DNA from: Candidatus Avispirillum sp.
GTDB lineage: Bacteria; Bacillota; Clostridia; Oscillospirales; CAG-272
Assembly: GCA_045656825.1 (NCBI GenBank)
Contig: JAZORY010000056.1
Location: 34,424-98,423, forward strand
DNA: 64,000 bases
Direction of reading: 5' to 3'
Part shown: in pieces, positions 54,828-64,000 of the stretch
How the letters are laid out: each line of letters opens with the position of its first letter
Numbering within the stretch: the stretch's first letter is position 1
Position numbers and translations under genes: made by a program
The notes under the pieces: generated by a model
The model's database searches: none
Told to the model about the DNA's origin: nothing
Seen by the model: the letters and a program-made list of their open reading frames with translations, nothing else

Positions 54828-55706
54828 ATGCCTTCTATGATCACACGCGCAATTACCGCAGACGGTAGCGCAAGAATTATATTTACAGACTCAACTGCCA
54901 TCGTTCAAAAGGCAAGAGATATTCACAACACGTCTAAAACTATGACAGCCGTTCTCGGCAGAAGCCTTACAGCAGCTTCCCTTATGGGTAGTCTCCTTAA
55001 GGACAAGGGCAACACCCTCACCTTTCAGATCAAGGCTGACGGTCCTGCCGGCGCAATAGTTTGCGTTTCTGACTACAAGGGCAACGTTCGCGGATACGTT
55101 GACAATCCTGCAGTTGAGCTTCCTGCAAATCCCTATGGCAAGCTTGACGTTGGCGGAGCAGTCGGCATCGACGGCAGACTTGTTATTATCAAGGATATGG
55201 GCATGGCTGAGCCCTACGTTGGTATGTGCCCCCTTGTTACAGGTGAAATCGGCGACGACGTAAGCAGCTACTTTGCAACAAGCGAGCAGACTCCCACAGT
55301 TTGCGCACTTGGCGTTCGCGTTAACGACGACCTCACAATCAAGAGCGCAGGCGGGTTCCTTCTTCAGCTTCTCCCCGGCGCTGACGAGGCTATTGCTGAA
55401 AAGATCGAAGCAAATATGGCAACCTTCGGCTCCGTTTCTCAGATGATCGCTGACGGTATGACCGCTGAGGAGATCATCGCAGTTGCACTTAAGGGAATCG
55501 AATATCAGATGTTTGACGAATTTGACACAGATTACGTTTGCCCCTGCAACAGAGAGAAATACCTCACAGCACTTGCAGGTCTTTCTCAGAAGGATATTGA
55601 CGATCTTGAAGCTGAGGGCGAGCCTATTGAAACAGTTTGCCATTTCTGCGATAAAAAATTCGTCTTTGATATTGCAGAGGTCCTTGCAAAGAGAGCTCAG
55701 AAATAA
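54828..55706 (+). CDS. hslO: Redox-regulated chaperone Hsp33
   Basis: The C-terminal zinc centre is CPCN...CHFCDKKF (CxC...CxxC), and the N-terminal region is Hsp33-like. ATG 54828 is preceded by a GGAG RBS. Confidence 0.9.
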   Translation: MPSMITRAITADGSARIIFTDSTAIVQKARDIHNTSKTMTAVLGRSLTAASLMGSLLKDKGNTLTFQIKADGPAGAIVCVSDYKGNVRGYVDNPAVELPANPYGKLDVGGAVGIDGRLVIIKDMGMAEPYVGMCPLVTGEIGDDVSSYFATSEQTPTVCALGVRVNDDLTIKSAGGFLLQLLPGADEAIAEKIEANMATFGSVSQMIADGMTAEEIIAVALKGIEYQMFDEFDTDYVCPCNREKYLTALAGLSQKDIDDLEAEGEPIETVCHFCDKKFVFDIAEVLAKRAQK

Positions 55707-55710
55707 GCAT

Positions 55711-55742
55711 AAAAAAAGATAGCTTCACAGCTATCTTTTTTC
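55711..55742. terminator. Bidirectional terminator
   Basis: The sequence is aaaaaaAGATAGCTtcacAGCTATCTtttttt. Confidence 0.85.
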
Positions 55743-55744
55743 TT

Positions 55745-56350
55745 TTACAGCTCTTTGTTTTCATAAATCTTAACGGATATTACCCAGGAAATTATAAACA
55801 TTGCAATTGCTGAAAGAAGCAAAACTCCGTTTGAAACATTTATAGTATTACCGCCGTCAACGCTTATAAAGGCAGACAGTCCGCAAATACCACCAACAAC
55901 CACGTAGTATACCAGACGTGCCTTTTCAACGTCATACTTGAACACAAACGGCAGCATTATTGCAGGTCCCACAAATGCTATGGGAAGCGTTGCCAGAACC
56001 ATTGACAAATCAGGAAATCCTGCATTTTCCGCCACAAATCCCTTAATCACGGCAAATACAATCGAAAGAACAACTGCTAAAAAAACACACCCAAGAGAAA
56101 GCAGATATTTCGCGCTGACAACCTGAGCTCTTGTTACGGGAAAGGACTGACAATAAGGAGCCCATTTGAATTTCTCTTCATAAACCAACAAAGAAAACGG
56201 GATTATTCCTGAAATGATAATCGGATATATTGTGAAAAACACAATTTCGTCAACAAATAATGAGCTTATAAGAAACGCAATGCAAACCAACACCACAGCC
56301 CTGCAATAATTCCAAACCATATAAATATCCTTCAATACAAGTCCAAGCAT
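55745..56350 (-). CDS. ABC-2 type transporter permease
   Basis: 201 aa with 6 TM helices. A 1-nt overlap joins it to the upstream ATPase gene. Confidence 0.65.
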   Translation of the reverse strand: MLGLVLKDIYMVWNYCRAVVLVCIAFLISSLFVDEIVFFTIYPIIISGIIPFSLLVYEEKFKWAPYCQSFPVTRAQVVSAKYLLSLGCVFLAVVLSIVFAVIKGFVAENAGFPDLSMVLATLPIAFVGPAIMLPFVFKYDVEKARLVYYVVVGGICGLSAFISVDGGNTINVSNGVLLLSAIAMFIISWVISVKIYENKEL

Positions 56351-57183
56351 TATCTTCCCTCCTTTACCATAAATACAAACAGCTCCTCAATACTGATTGG
56401 GCTGATATTTACGTCTGACTTCACCGCGTCGCGACGGACTATTGCTTCAACTCCGTATGGAGTTATTTTTTTGCCCTTAACAGCCGAAGCATCAATATCT
56501 GCAAAATCCTCGATAGACATATGGACAACCCCATACTGCTCATAAAGTGCATCCTTATCCTCGCACAGCATAAGCCTTCCTTTACTTATAAAGGCAATAT
56601 AATCGCATATTTTCTCAAGGTCGCTGACTATATGAGAGGAGATGAGAACAGAATGGCTTTCATCTCTTGTAAACTCTGCAAAAATATCAAGCAGATCATC
56701 GCGCACAACGGGGTCAAGACCTGCCATTGCTTCATCAAGAATTAGAAGCTTGGGATCGTGAGACAAAGCAATTGCAAGCCCCAGCTTCATTTTCATTCCC
56801 TTGGAATATTCCTTGAACTTTTTCTTTATCGGCAGTCTGAAGCGTTCAATATAAGAGCTATATACGCTGCTGTCCCAATTCTTATAAATAAGCTTCATTA
56901 TTTTGCCGACCTGCACAGCATTAAGACATTCGGGAATTCCAACCTCATCAAGAACGATTCCTATATCTTCCTTATTCATCTCGGAATTATCACGTCCGAG
57001 AATCTTTATCTCACCATCGTCCTTCTTTATCATTTCAAGGATAAGCTTTATTGTGGTGCTCTTACCTGCTCCGTTTTCTCCCACAAGCCCCATAATACAT
57101 CCCGTAGGCAAGCAAAATGATAGATTGTCAAGTGTGAAATCCTCATAGCGCTTTGTCAGATTCTTTATTTCAATTGAATTCAT
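56350..57183 (-). CDS. ABC transporter ATP-binding protein
   Basis: Walker A GENGAGKST, the signature SKGMKMKL and Walker B LLILDEA are present. Confidence 0.9.
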   Translation of the reverse strand: MNSIEIKNLTKRYEDFTLDNLSFCLPTGCIMGLVGENGAGKSTTIKLILEMIKKDDGEIKILGRDNSEMNKEDIGIVLDEVGIPECLNAVQVGKIMKLIYKNWDSSVYSSYIERFRLPIKKKFKEYSKGMKMKLGLAIALSHDPKLLILDEAMAGLDPVVRDDLLDIFAEFTRDESHSVLISSHIVSDLEKICDYIAFISKGRLMLCEDKDALYEQYGVVHMSIEDFADIDASAVKGKKITPYGVEAIVRRDAVKSDVNISPISIEELFVFMVKEGR

Positions 57184-57556
57184 TGCTATCCTCCCAGATA
57201 AGCGAGATCATTTCCGCAACGTCTTTCTTTGTCAGATTGCAGGAAGCGGAAAGCTCCCTTATTTTTTCTATATGCTCTTCTATTCTCTTCAAATTTTCCT
57301 CACGAAGCAATTCAACGTTCTTTTTTGCAACAAAGCATCCCTTGGAGGGCACCGTGTATATAAATCCCTCCCTTTCAAGCTCATCATATGCGCGCTTAGT
57401 TGTAATAACGCTGATACGAAGATCCTTTGCAAGATTTCGAATAGATGGAAGTGCTTCGTCCTCCGATAAATCTCCATTTATTATCTGATTTTTTATCTGT
57501 GAATATATCTGATCGTATATAGGTAGTCCGCTTTTGTTGTTAATAAGAATGACCAC
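57170..57556 (-). CDS. GntR family (YtrA-subfamily) transcriptional regulator
   Basis: The 128-aa protein has PIYDQIYSQIKNQIINGDL...LPSIRNLAKDLRISVITTKRAYDELEREGFI, a GntR wHTH with a short C-terminus. It has a GTG start with an AAGGAG RBS. Confidence 0.85.
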   Translation of the reverse strand: MVILINNKSGLPIYDQIYSQIKNQIINGDLSEDEALPSIRNLAKDLRISVITTKRAYDELEREGFIYTVPSKGCFVAKKNVELLREENLKRIEEHIEKIRELSASCNLTKKDVAEMISLIWEDSNEFN

Positions 57557-57575
57557 GTTACTCTCCTTTGATATG

Positions 57576-57616
57576 CTGTATATATACAGTATACACAGTT
57601 ATAAAATCACTGTCAA
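57576..57616 (-). promoter_or_regulatory. Promoter of the GntR-ABC operon with an overlapping perfect palindromic operator
   Basis: On the minus strand: TTGACA (57616-57611), 17-nt spacer, TATACT (57593-57588). The perfect 14-bp palindrome CTGTATATATACAG (57576-57589) overlaps the -10/+1 region, and a GTATAC motif is adjacent. Confidence 0.6.
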
Positions 57617-57803
57617 GTATTTTAACACTTCCACAAATTTATTGTTTGATATTAACTAAGTTGCATTATTTATATTGTTTATATTGACATCAATTAATTA
57701 ATTTACAATTTATTTACATTTTACTTTTTTGTAAACATTTTAAGAACATATTATAAATTGTCATTTTTTTGGAATGTTTTTTTCAAAAAAATCCTTATTT
57801 CTA

Positions 57804-57831
57804 TTGACTTCCTCTTTATTTTATATATAAT
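57804..57831 (+). promoter_or_regulatory. Sigma-A-type promoter for rpoB with upstream A/T tracts
   Basis: TTGACT (57804-57809), 16-nt spacer, TATAAT (57826-57831). It is preceded by T7/A7 tracts (57765-57800) that could act as an UP element. Confidence 0.5.
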
Positions 57832-57846
57832 ATTATATTGCCTTAA

Positions 57847-57939
57847 TTTCGCTTAGTGCGAAAAAAATCTCCTGCGCAACGCCAAAATGCCGTTTTTTTG
57901 ATATAGACGGCTATACCAAAAACGGCCTATGATGCGCAG
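57847..57939 (+). promoter_or_regulatory. Structured rpoB 5' leader (nested helices)
   Basis: There is a small hairpin TTCGCttagtGCGAA (57848-57862). An outer 7-bp helix CTGCGCA (57872-57878)/TGCGCAG (57933-57939) encloses a 9-bp helix GCCGTTTTT (57889-57897)/AAAAACGGC (57918-57926). The GGAG RBS lies at 57948-57951. Confidence 0.35.
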
Positions 57940-57960
57940 AAAAGAATGGAGTGAATCTCA

Positions 57961-60900
57961 ATGGTCAAACCCGTGAAAGTGGGCAAAAATACGAGAATGA
58001 GTTTCTCGAAGATCAATGAGGCAATCGGACTTCCCAATCTGATTGAAATTCAGAAGGATTCATACCAGTGGTTCCTTGAAGAGGGTCTTATGGAGGTTCT
58101 CCGTGACGTATCCCCCATCACCGACTACACAGGTAATCTTTTCATTGAATTTGTTGGCTACTCATTTGATGCAGAGCCCAAATATCCCGTAGAAGAATGC
58201 AAGGAGCGCGACGCTAACTACGCAGCTCCCCTCAAGGTTTCTGTTCGTCTCACAAACAGACTTACAGGTGAGGTTAAGCAGTCCGATATATTCATGGGCG
58301 ATTTCCCGCTCATGACAGAAACAGGTACCTTCGTTATTAACGGTTCCGAGAGAGTTATCGTTTCTCAGATCGTTCGTTCCCCCGGTATCTATTATGATAG
58401 CGCTATCGACAAGTCCGGTAAACGCACGTTTTCAGCAACAGTTATTCCTTACAGAGGCGCTTGGCTTGAATACGAAACAGATGCAAACGACGTTTACTAC
58501 GTTCGTATTGACAAGAACCGCAAGCTCCCCATCACTATCCTTATCCGCGCACTTGGTATTGAAACACCTGCTCAGATCAAGGAATACTTCGGCGATGAGT
58601 CCATCCTCGCAGCAACTCTTGAAAAAGACGATTGCGAAGCTCTCGCTATTGAAGAAGGATCCTCCATCCGCGATGAAGCTCTCAAGGAGATCTATAAGAA
58701 GCTCCGTCCCGGTGAGCCTGCAATCGTTGAAAGTGCAGAGATCCTTATCAACAATCTCTTCTTCGATCCCAAGAGATACGACCTCTACCCTGTTGGTAGA
58801 TATAAGTATGATAAGAAGCTTGCTCTCGGTCATCGTATCAGCGGCTTCGTTCTTAACCGCCCCGTAGCTAACGCGCTCACAGGCGAGCTTATGTTTGAGG
58901 AAGGCCACCGCCTTACTCGCGACGAAGCTCTTGCAATCGAGCACGCTTGCGTTGACACTGTTTATCTCCGTATGGACGATGGCAGCGAGGTTAAGGTATT
59001 CACAAACGGTGCAGTTTATGCTGAAGACGTTCTCGGCTATGGTCTCCACGACGTTGGATCCAGAGAAATGGTTCAGTTTAACGTTCTCCGTGAGATCATC
59101 GAAGAGGCAGGCAACGACGCTGATGAGATCAAGGCTATCGCAAAGCGCAGAATGGCTGAGCTTTGCCCCACTCACATCACTCGTGAGGACATCCTTGCAA
59201 CAATCAATTATCAGCTTTGCCTTACACACGGTATCGGCACAACAGACGATATCGACCACCTCGGCAACAGACGTCTGCGTTGTGTTGGTGAGCTTCTCCA
59301 GAACCAGCTCCGTATCGGTCTCTCCAGAATGGACAAGATTGTTCGCGAGAGAATGAACATTCAGGACAGCGAAAACCTCACACCTCAGAACCTTATTAAT
59401 ATCCGTCCCGTTGTTACAGCTATCAGAGAGTTCTTCGGTTCTTCTCCTCTTTCTCAGTTCATGGACCAGAACAACCCCCTCGCTGAGCTTACACATAAGA
59501 GACGTATTTCCGCTCTTGGTCCCGGAGGTCTCTCCAGAGACAGAGCTTCCTTCGACGTTCGAGACGTTCACTATACACACTACGGTCGTATGTGTCCTAT
59601 CGAAACACCTGAAGGTCCTAACATCGGTCTTATTTCCTACCTTTCAACATATGCTAAGATCAGCAAGTACGGCTTCATCGAAGCTCCCTACCTCCGTGTT
59701 GATAAGGAAACAGGCGTTGTTACAAACGAAGTTGTTTATATGACAGCTGACGTTGAAGATAACTACATCATCGCTCAGGCAAATGAGCGTCTCGATGAAA
59801 ACAGACGCTTCGTTCGCCAGAAGGTTGCAGCTCGTGATAAGACAGAAATCATCGAGGTTGATGCAAGCCGCGTTGACTTTATGGACGTTTCTCCTAAGAT
59901 GGTTGTGTCCGTTGCAACAGCTTGTATCCCCTTCCTTGAAAACGATGACAACTCCCGTGCACTCATGGGATCTAACATGCAGAAGCAGGCTGTGCCCCTT
60001 CTTGTAACCGACTCTCCTATCGTTGGTACAGGTATGGAATACAAGGCTGCTGTTGACTCCGGCGTTTGTGCTCTCGCTGACAGAGACGGTTACGTTGAAA
60101 GCGTTGACGCTAACCACATCACAATAGTTGGCGACGATGGACAGAAGAAGGTTCACCACCTTATCAAGTTCAAGAGAAGCAACCAGAGCAACTGCACAAA
60201 TCAGACTCCTATTGTTGACGTTGGCGAAAGAGTTGTAAAGGGACAGGTAATCGCTGATGGTCCCGCAACCTCCAATGGTGAAATCTCCCTCGGTAAGAAC
60301 GCCCTCATCGGCTTCATGACCTGGGAAGGCTACAACTACGAGGACGCGGTTCTCCTTAACGAGCGCCTTGTTCGCGACGACGTTTACACATCTATTCATA
60401 TTGAAGAATATTCTCACGAATCCAGAGATACTAAGCTCGGACCGGAAGAGATCACACGCGAAATTCCCAACGTTGGTGATGACGCACTTAAGGATCTCGA
60501 TGCCGACGGTATTATTAAAATAGGTACAGAAGTTCGCGCAGGCGATATTCTCGTAGGTAAGGTTACACCTAAGGGTGAAACAGAGCTTACAGCAGAAGAA
60601 AGACTTCTCCGCGCTATTTTCGGCGAAAAGAGCCGCGAGGTTCGCGACACGTCTCTCAGAGTTCCCCACGGTGAATCCGGCGTTATCATCGACGTTAAGG
60701 TATTCTCCAAGGACAAGGGCGACGAGCTTGCTCCCGGTGTTAACCAGGTTATCAGAGTTTACATCGCTCAGAAGCGTAAGATCTCCGTCGGAGACAAGAT
60801 GGCGGGCCGCCATGGTAACAAGGGTGTCGTTTCACGAATCCTTCCTCCCGAAGATATGCCCTTCCTTGCTGATGGTACTCCCCTTGATATCGTTCTTAAC

Positions 60901-61845
60901 CCTCTGGGCGTTCCTTCCCGAATGAACATCGGTCAGGTGCTTGAGGTTCACCTCGGTATCGCTTCCAAGAAGCTTGGCTGGAAGATCATGACTCCCGTAT
61001 TCGACGGCGCTAAGGAGCAGGACATCACAGAATGTCTCCGTATGGCAGGCCTCCAGAGAAAGGTTCTTCCTAACGAAAACATCGATGGCAAGTACCTCCT
61101 CGAAGAAGTTGTTTCCGAGGACGGCACAAAGACATACGAAAAGATCGCTGACGACAGAGAAGACAGACAGGCTCTCATCAATGCTCTCAGAGCAGACGAT
61201 AAGCTCTACATCGTTGACGGTAAAACAATCCTTTACGACGGCCGTACAGGCGAGCCCTTCGACAACCCCGTTACAGTTGGTATCATGTACTACCTCAAGC
61301 TGCATCATCTGGTTGACGATAAGATCCACGCTCGTTCCACAGGTCCCTACTCCCTCATCACTCAGCAGCCTCTCGGTGGTAAAGCACAGTTTGGTGGTCA
61401 GCGTTTCGGTGAAATGGAAGTTTGGGCACTCGAGGCATACGGCGCAGCTTATACACTCCAGGAAATCCTCACTGTTAAGAGTGATGACGTTAACGGACGT
61501 GTTAAGACTTACGAAGCAATCGTTAAGGGGCAGAACATCCCCACACCCGGTGTTCCCGAATCCTTCAAGGTTATGGTTAAGGAGCTTCAGGCTCTCGCAC
61601 TTGACATCCGCGTTCTTAACGAAGAAGGCGAAGAGATCGACCTCGCAACACTTGGCGAAGACGAGATCGAAGAGCCCGTTCGCACTCGCAGAGAAAAGCG
61701 CATAACTCAGGAAGACGTTGGCGAAACTGTTGCAACTGAAGACATTTTCGACGACAGCTTCACAACAGAAGACTTCGGCGGCGAGATCGACGCAAGCGGC
61801 ATCTTCTTTGAAGAGGCAGCAGACGTTGATGGCGACGAATTCTGA
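57961..61845 (+). CDS. rpoB: DNA-directed RNA polymerase subunit beta
   Basis: 1294-aa ORF with canonical beta-subunit blocks ([53 protein letters not shown]). It has an acidic C-terminal tail. Confidence 0.97.
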   Translation: MVKPVKVGKNTRMSFSKINEAIGLPNLIEIQKDSYQWFLEEGLMEVLRDVSPITDYTGNLFIEFVGYSFDAEPKYPVEECKERDANYAAPLKVSVRLTNRLTGEVKQSDIFMGDFPLMTETGTFVINGSERVIVSQIVRSPGIYYDSAIDKSGKRTFSATVIPYRGAWLEYETDANDVYYVRIDKNRKLPITILIRALGIETPAQIKEYFGDESILAATLEKDDCEALAIEEGSSIRDEALKEIYKKLRPGEPAIVESAEILINNLFFDPKRYDLYPVGRYKYDKKLALGHRISGFVLNRPVANALTGELMFEEGHRLTRDEALAIEHACVDTVYLRMDDGSEVKVFTNGAVYAEDVLGYGLHDVGSREMVQFNVLREIIEEAGNDADEIKAIAKRRMAELCPTHITREDILATINYQLCLTHGIGTTDDIDHLGNRRLRCVGELLQNQLRIGLSRMDKIVRERMNIQDSENLTPQNLINIRPVVTAIREFFGSSPLSQFMDQNNPLAELTHKRRISALGPGGLSRDRASFDVRDVHYTHYGRMCPIETPEGPNIGLISYLSTYAKISKYGFIEAPYLRVDKETGVVTNEVVYMTADVEDNYIIAQANERLDENRRFVRQKVAARDKTEIIEVDASRVDFMDVSPKMVVSVATACIPFLENDDNSRALMGSNMQKQAVPLLVTDSPIVGTGMEYKAAVDSGVCALADRDGYVESVDANHITIVGDDGQKKVHHLIKFKRSNQSNCTNQTPIVDVGERVVKGQVIADGPATSNGEISLGKNALIGFMTWEGYNYEDAVLLNERLVRDDVYTSIHIEEYSHESRDTKLGPEEITREIPNVGDDALKDLDADGIIKIGTEVRAGDILVGKVTPKGETELTAEERLLRAIFGEKSREVRDTSLRVPHGESGVIIDVKVFSKDKGDELAPGVNQVIRVYIAQKRKISVGDKMAGRHGNKGVVSRILPPEDMPFLADGTPLDIVLNPLGVPSRMNIGQVLEVHLGIASKKLGWKIMTPVFDGAKEQDITECLRMAGLQRKVLPNENIDGKYLLEEVVSEDGTKTYEKIADDREDRQALINALRADDKLYIVDGKTILYDGRTGEPFDNPVTVGIMYYLKLHHLVDDKIHARSTGPYSLITQQPLGGKAQFGGQRFGEMEVWALEAYGAAYTLQEILTVKSDDVNGRVKTYEAIVKGQNIPTPGVPESFKVMVKELQALALDIRVLNEEGEEIDLATLGEDEIEEPVRTRREKRITQEDVGETVATEDIFDDSFTTEDFGGEIDASGIFFEEAADVDGDEF

Positions 61846-61899
61846 TCTACACACGGATTATAAACCCTACAATATTAATAAAGAAGGTAAATAAAGCCG

Positions 61900-64000
61900 A
61901 TGGAACGCAATACAATTGATTCTATTAAAATCGGATTGGCTTCCCCCGAAACTATGCTTTCCTGGTCTTACGGCGAAGTTAAAAAGCCTGAGACTATTAA
62001 TTACCGTACACTCAAAGCTGAGCGCGACGGTCTTTATTGCGAAAGAATCTTCGGACCTACTAAGGACTGGGAATGCCTTTGCGGTAAATATAAAAGAATA
62101 CGTCATAAAAACAAAGTATGCGAAAAGTGCGGTGTTGAGGTAACACAGAAAAAGGTTCGCCGTGAGCGTATGGGTCATATCCAGCTCGCGGCTCCCGTTT
62201 CTCACATCTGGTATTTCAGAGCTATTCCCTCCCGTATGGGTCTTCTTCTCGATATCTCCCCCAGACATCTTGAAAAGGTTCTCTACTTCGCATCATATAT
62301 AGTAATCGATCCCGGTTCAACTCCCCTCGCTAAGTATCAGCTCCTTTCCGAAAAGGAATACAGAGAATACTACACAGCCTATGAAAACGATTTCAAGGTT
62401 GGCATGGGTGCAGAAGCTGTTAAGGAGCTTCTTGCTGAGCTGGATATCGAAGCTCTCTCCGAGCAGCTCAAAGCTGAGCTTGAAACTGCAAGCGGTCAGA
62501 AAAAGGTTCGTATCATCAAGAGACTTGAAGTTGTTGAGGCTTTCAGAAAGTCCGGCAACAAGCCTGAATGGATGATCCTCGACGTTGTTCCCGTCATTCC
62601 CCCTGAAATCCGTCCTATGGTTCAGCTGGATGGCGGCCGTTTCGCAACATCCGACCTTAACGACCTCTACCGCAGAGTTATCAACCGTAACAACCGTCTT
62701 AAGAGACTTATCGAATACAGAGCTCCCGAAATCATCGTTCGTAACGAAAAGCGTATGCTTCAGGAAGCTGTTGACGCCCTTATTGACAACGGCCGCCGCG
62801 GCAAGCCCGTAACAGGCCCCAATAACCGTCCCCTTAAGTCCCTTTCCGAAATGCTTCGCGGTAAGCAGGGTCGCTTCCGTCAGAACCTTCTCGGTAAGCG
62901 AGTTGACTATTCCGGCCGTTCTGTTATCGTTGTAGGTCCTACACTTAAGATCTACCAGTGCGGTCTTCCTAAGGAAATGGCTCTTGAGCTCTTCAAGCCC
63001 TTCGTTATGAAGCGCCTCCACGAAACACAGAAGGCTGCTAACATTAAGGACGCTAAGAAGAAGGTTGAAAAGGCAAGCCCCGAGGTTTGGGACGCACTTG
63101 AAAACGTTATTAAGGAACATCCCGTTCTTCTTAACCGTGCTCCTACACTTCACCGTCTGTCTATTCAGGCATTCGAGCCCGTTCTCGTTGAAGGACGCGC
63201 TATCAAGCTCCATCCCCTTGTATGTAAAGCATTTAACGCCGACTTCGACGGCGACCAGATGCCTATCCACGTACCCCTTTCCGCAGAGGCTCAGGCTGAG
63301 GCAAGATTCCTCATGCTCTCTGCTAACAACCTCCTTAAGCCTGTTGACGGACGCGCTATCGCAGTTCCCTCTCAGGATATGGTCCTTGGTTCATTCTACC
63401 TCACTCTTGACCGCGCAGGCGAACCCGGCGAGGGCAAGGTGTTCCGCAACTTTGACGAAGCTATGATGGCTTACCGCAACGGCGTTATCGGACTCCACGC
63501 TCCCATCAAGGTTCGCGTATATAAGGAGCGCGACGGCGAAATGCAGTCCAAGATCATCGACTGTACAATGGGTCTTCTCATCTTCAACCAGCCCATCCCT
63601 CAGGACCTCGGCTACGTTGACAGAACAGATCCCGATAAGTTCTTCGATCTTGAGATCAACTTCGTCTGCGGCTCCAAGCAGCTTGGTCAGATCATCGACC
63701 GTTGTATCAAGTATCACGGCTTCGAAGTTACAGCAGAAATGCTCGATAATATCAAGGCTATGGGCTACACATACTCCACAAAGGCTGCTATCTCTATTTC
63801 CGTTGCAGATATGTCTATTCCTCCCGAAAAGTATACTCTCGTTGCTGAGGCGGAAAAGACAGTCGATAAGATCCAGAAGGAATTTATGCGCGGTAAGCTT
63901 TCTGATGAAGAGCGTTACCAGAGCGTAGTTTCTACATGGACCCAGACAACAAACGACGTTGTTGCTGCTCTCCAGAGCAACTTCGACCGCTACAATCCTA
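61900..64000 (+). CDS. rpoC: DNA-directed RNA polymerase subunit beta' (N-terminal ~700 codons; 3' end beyond the window)
   Basis: The gene starts at ATG 61900. [65 protein letters not shown] includes the zinc-finger CxC...CxxC. The NADFDGDQM active site lies near 63235-63262. The frame stays open to the window end, so it is not in the ORF track. Confidence 0.95.
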   Translation, partial: MERNTIDSIKIGLASPETMLSWSYGEVKKPETINYRTLKAERDGLYCERIFGPTKDWECLCGKYKRIRHKNKVCEKCGVEVTQKKVRRERMGHIQLAAPVSHIWYFRAIPSRMGLLLDISPRHLEKVLYFASYIVIDPGSTPLAKYQLLSEKEYREYYTAYENDFKVGMGAEAVKELLAELDIEALSEQLKAELETASGQKKVRIIKRLEVVEAFRKSGNKPEWMILDVVPVIPPEIRPMVQLDGGRFATSDLNDLYRRVINRNNRLKRLIEYRAPEIIVRNEKRMLQEAVDALIDNGRRGKPVTGPNNRPLKSLSEMLRGKQGRFRQNLLGKRVDYSGRSVIVVGPTLKIYQCGLPKEMALELFKPFVMKRLHETQKAANIKDAKKKVEKASPEVWDALENVIKEHPVLLNRAPTLHRLSIQAFEPVLVEGRAIKLHPLVCKAFNADFDGDQMPIHVPLSAEAQAEARFLMLSANNLLKPVDGRAIAVPSQDMVLGSFYLTLDRAGEPGEGKVFRNFDEAMMAYRNGVIGLHAPIKVRVYKERDGEMQSKIIDCTMGLLIFNQPIPQDLGYVDRTDPDKFFDLEINFVCGSKQLGQIIDRCIKYHGFEVTAEMLDNIKAMGYTYSTKAAISISVADMSIPPEKYTLVAEAEKTVDKIQKEFMRGKLSDEERYQSVVSTWTQTTNDVVAALQSNFDRYNP

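Noticed and set aside
57660-57840. AT-rich repetitive-looking spacer upstream of rpoB as a possible CRISPR or repeat array
   Set aside because: There are only short A/T homopolymer tracts and promoter-like hexamers, with no regularly spaced direct repeats.
58432-61854. Three long minus-strand ORFs (382, 389 and 340 aa) inside rpoB
   Set aside because: They lie entirely antisense to an unambiguous rpoB reading frame. Their translations are low-complexity (C/V/N/F-rich) with no recognisable motifs. They are typical stop-poor shadow frames of a highly codon-biased gene.
62317-63270. 317-aa minus-strand ORF inside rpoC, plus several 60-130-aa plus-strand ORFs in the +1 frame
   Set aside because: The rpoC frame (from ATG 61900) carries the zinc-finger and NADFDGDQM motifs and stays open to the window end. 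The others are overlapping shadow ORFs.

Overview
This 64-kb window looks like ordinary chromosome from a low-GC, spore-forming member of the Clostridia. Two secreted proteins carry C-terminal dockerin modules, one protein has SLH repeats, and spo0A, an alpha/beta-type SASP and a cwlD-like amidase are present. Together these suggest a Ruminococcus-like Oscillospiraceae organism, but that is inference only. I call about 60 protein-coding genes, mostly housekeeping: rpoB, rpoC (3' end outside the window), pcrA, murA, ilvE, argF, hslO, trmK/nif3, two RluA-family pseudouridine synthases flanking an lnt-like gene, transporters (ChrA pair, AzlCD, OPT, NCS2, ABC) and regulators (DtxR/MntR, BlaI/BlaR1-like, GntR, an ECF-like sigma/anti-sigma pair, Spo0A). 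Both window edges cut genes that the ORF track misses: a Cys-rich ORF at 2..637 and rpoC from 61900. I saw no rRNA, tRNA, CRISPR array, transposase, prophage or recognisable defence island, and no single clear-cut novel system. The best candidates for follow-up are: (1) an alpha/beta-hydrolase fused to a condensation-type (HxxxDG) acyltransferase, coupled to a zinc-ribbon membrane protein; (2) an AT-rich four-gene operon of DUF2156-like, sigma, DUF4367 anti-sigma and LRR-dockerin genes, divergent from spo0A; (3) a promoter plus intrinsic-terminator leader in front of an OPT transporter/PqqD-like pair; (4) a BlaI/BlaR1-like module with a non-penicillin-binding sensor domain, a perfect palindromic operator and an in-frame TGA-separated downstream ORF; (5) a Cys-rich ORF convergent with a TasA-type/beta-helix secreted protein; (6) rpoB detached from ribosomal-protein genes behind a 400-nt AT-rich structured leader. 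All family assignments come from motif recognition by eye, with no database search. Small-feature coordinates were anchored to ORF-track coordinates but may be off by a few nt.
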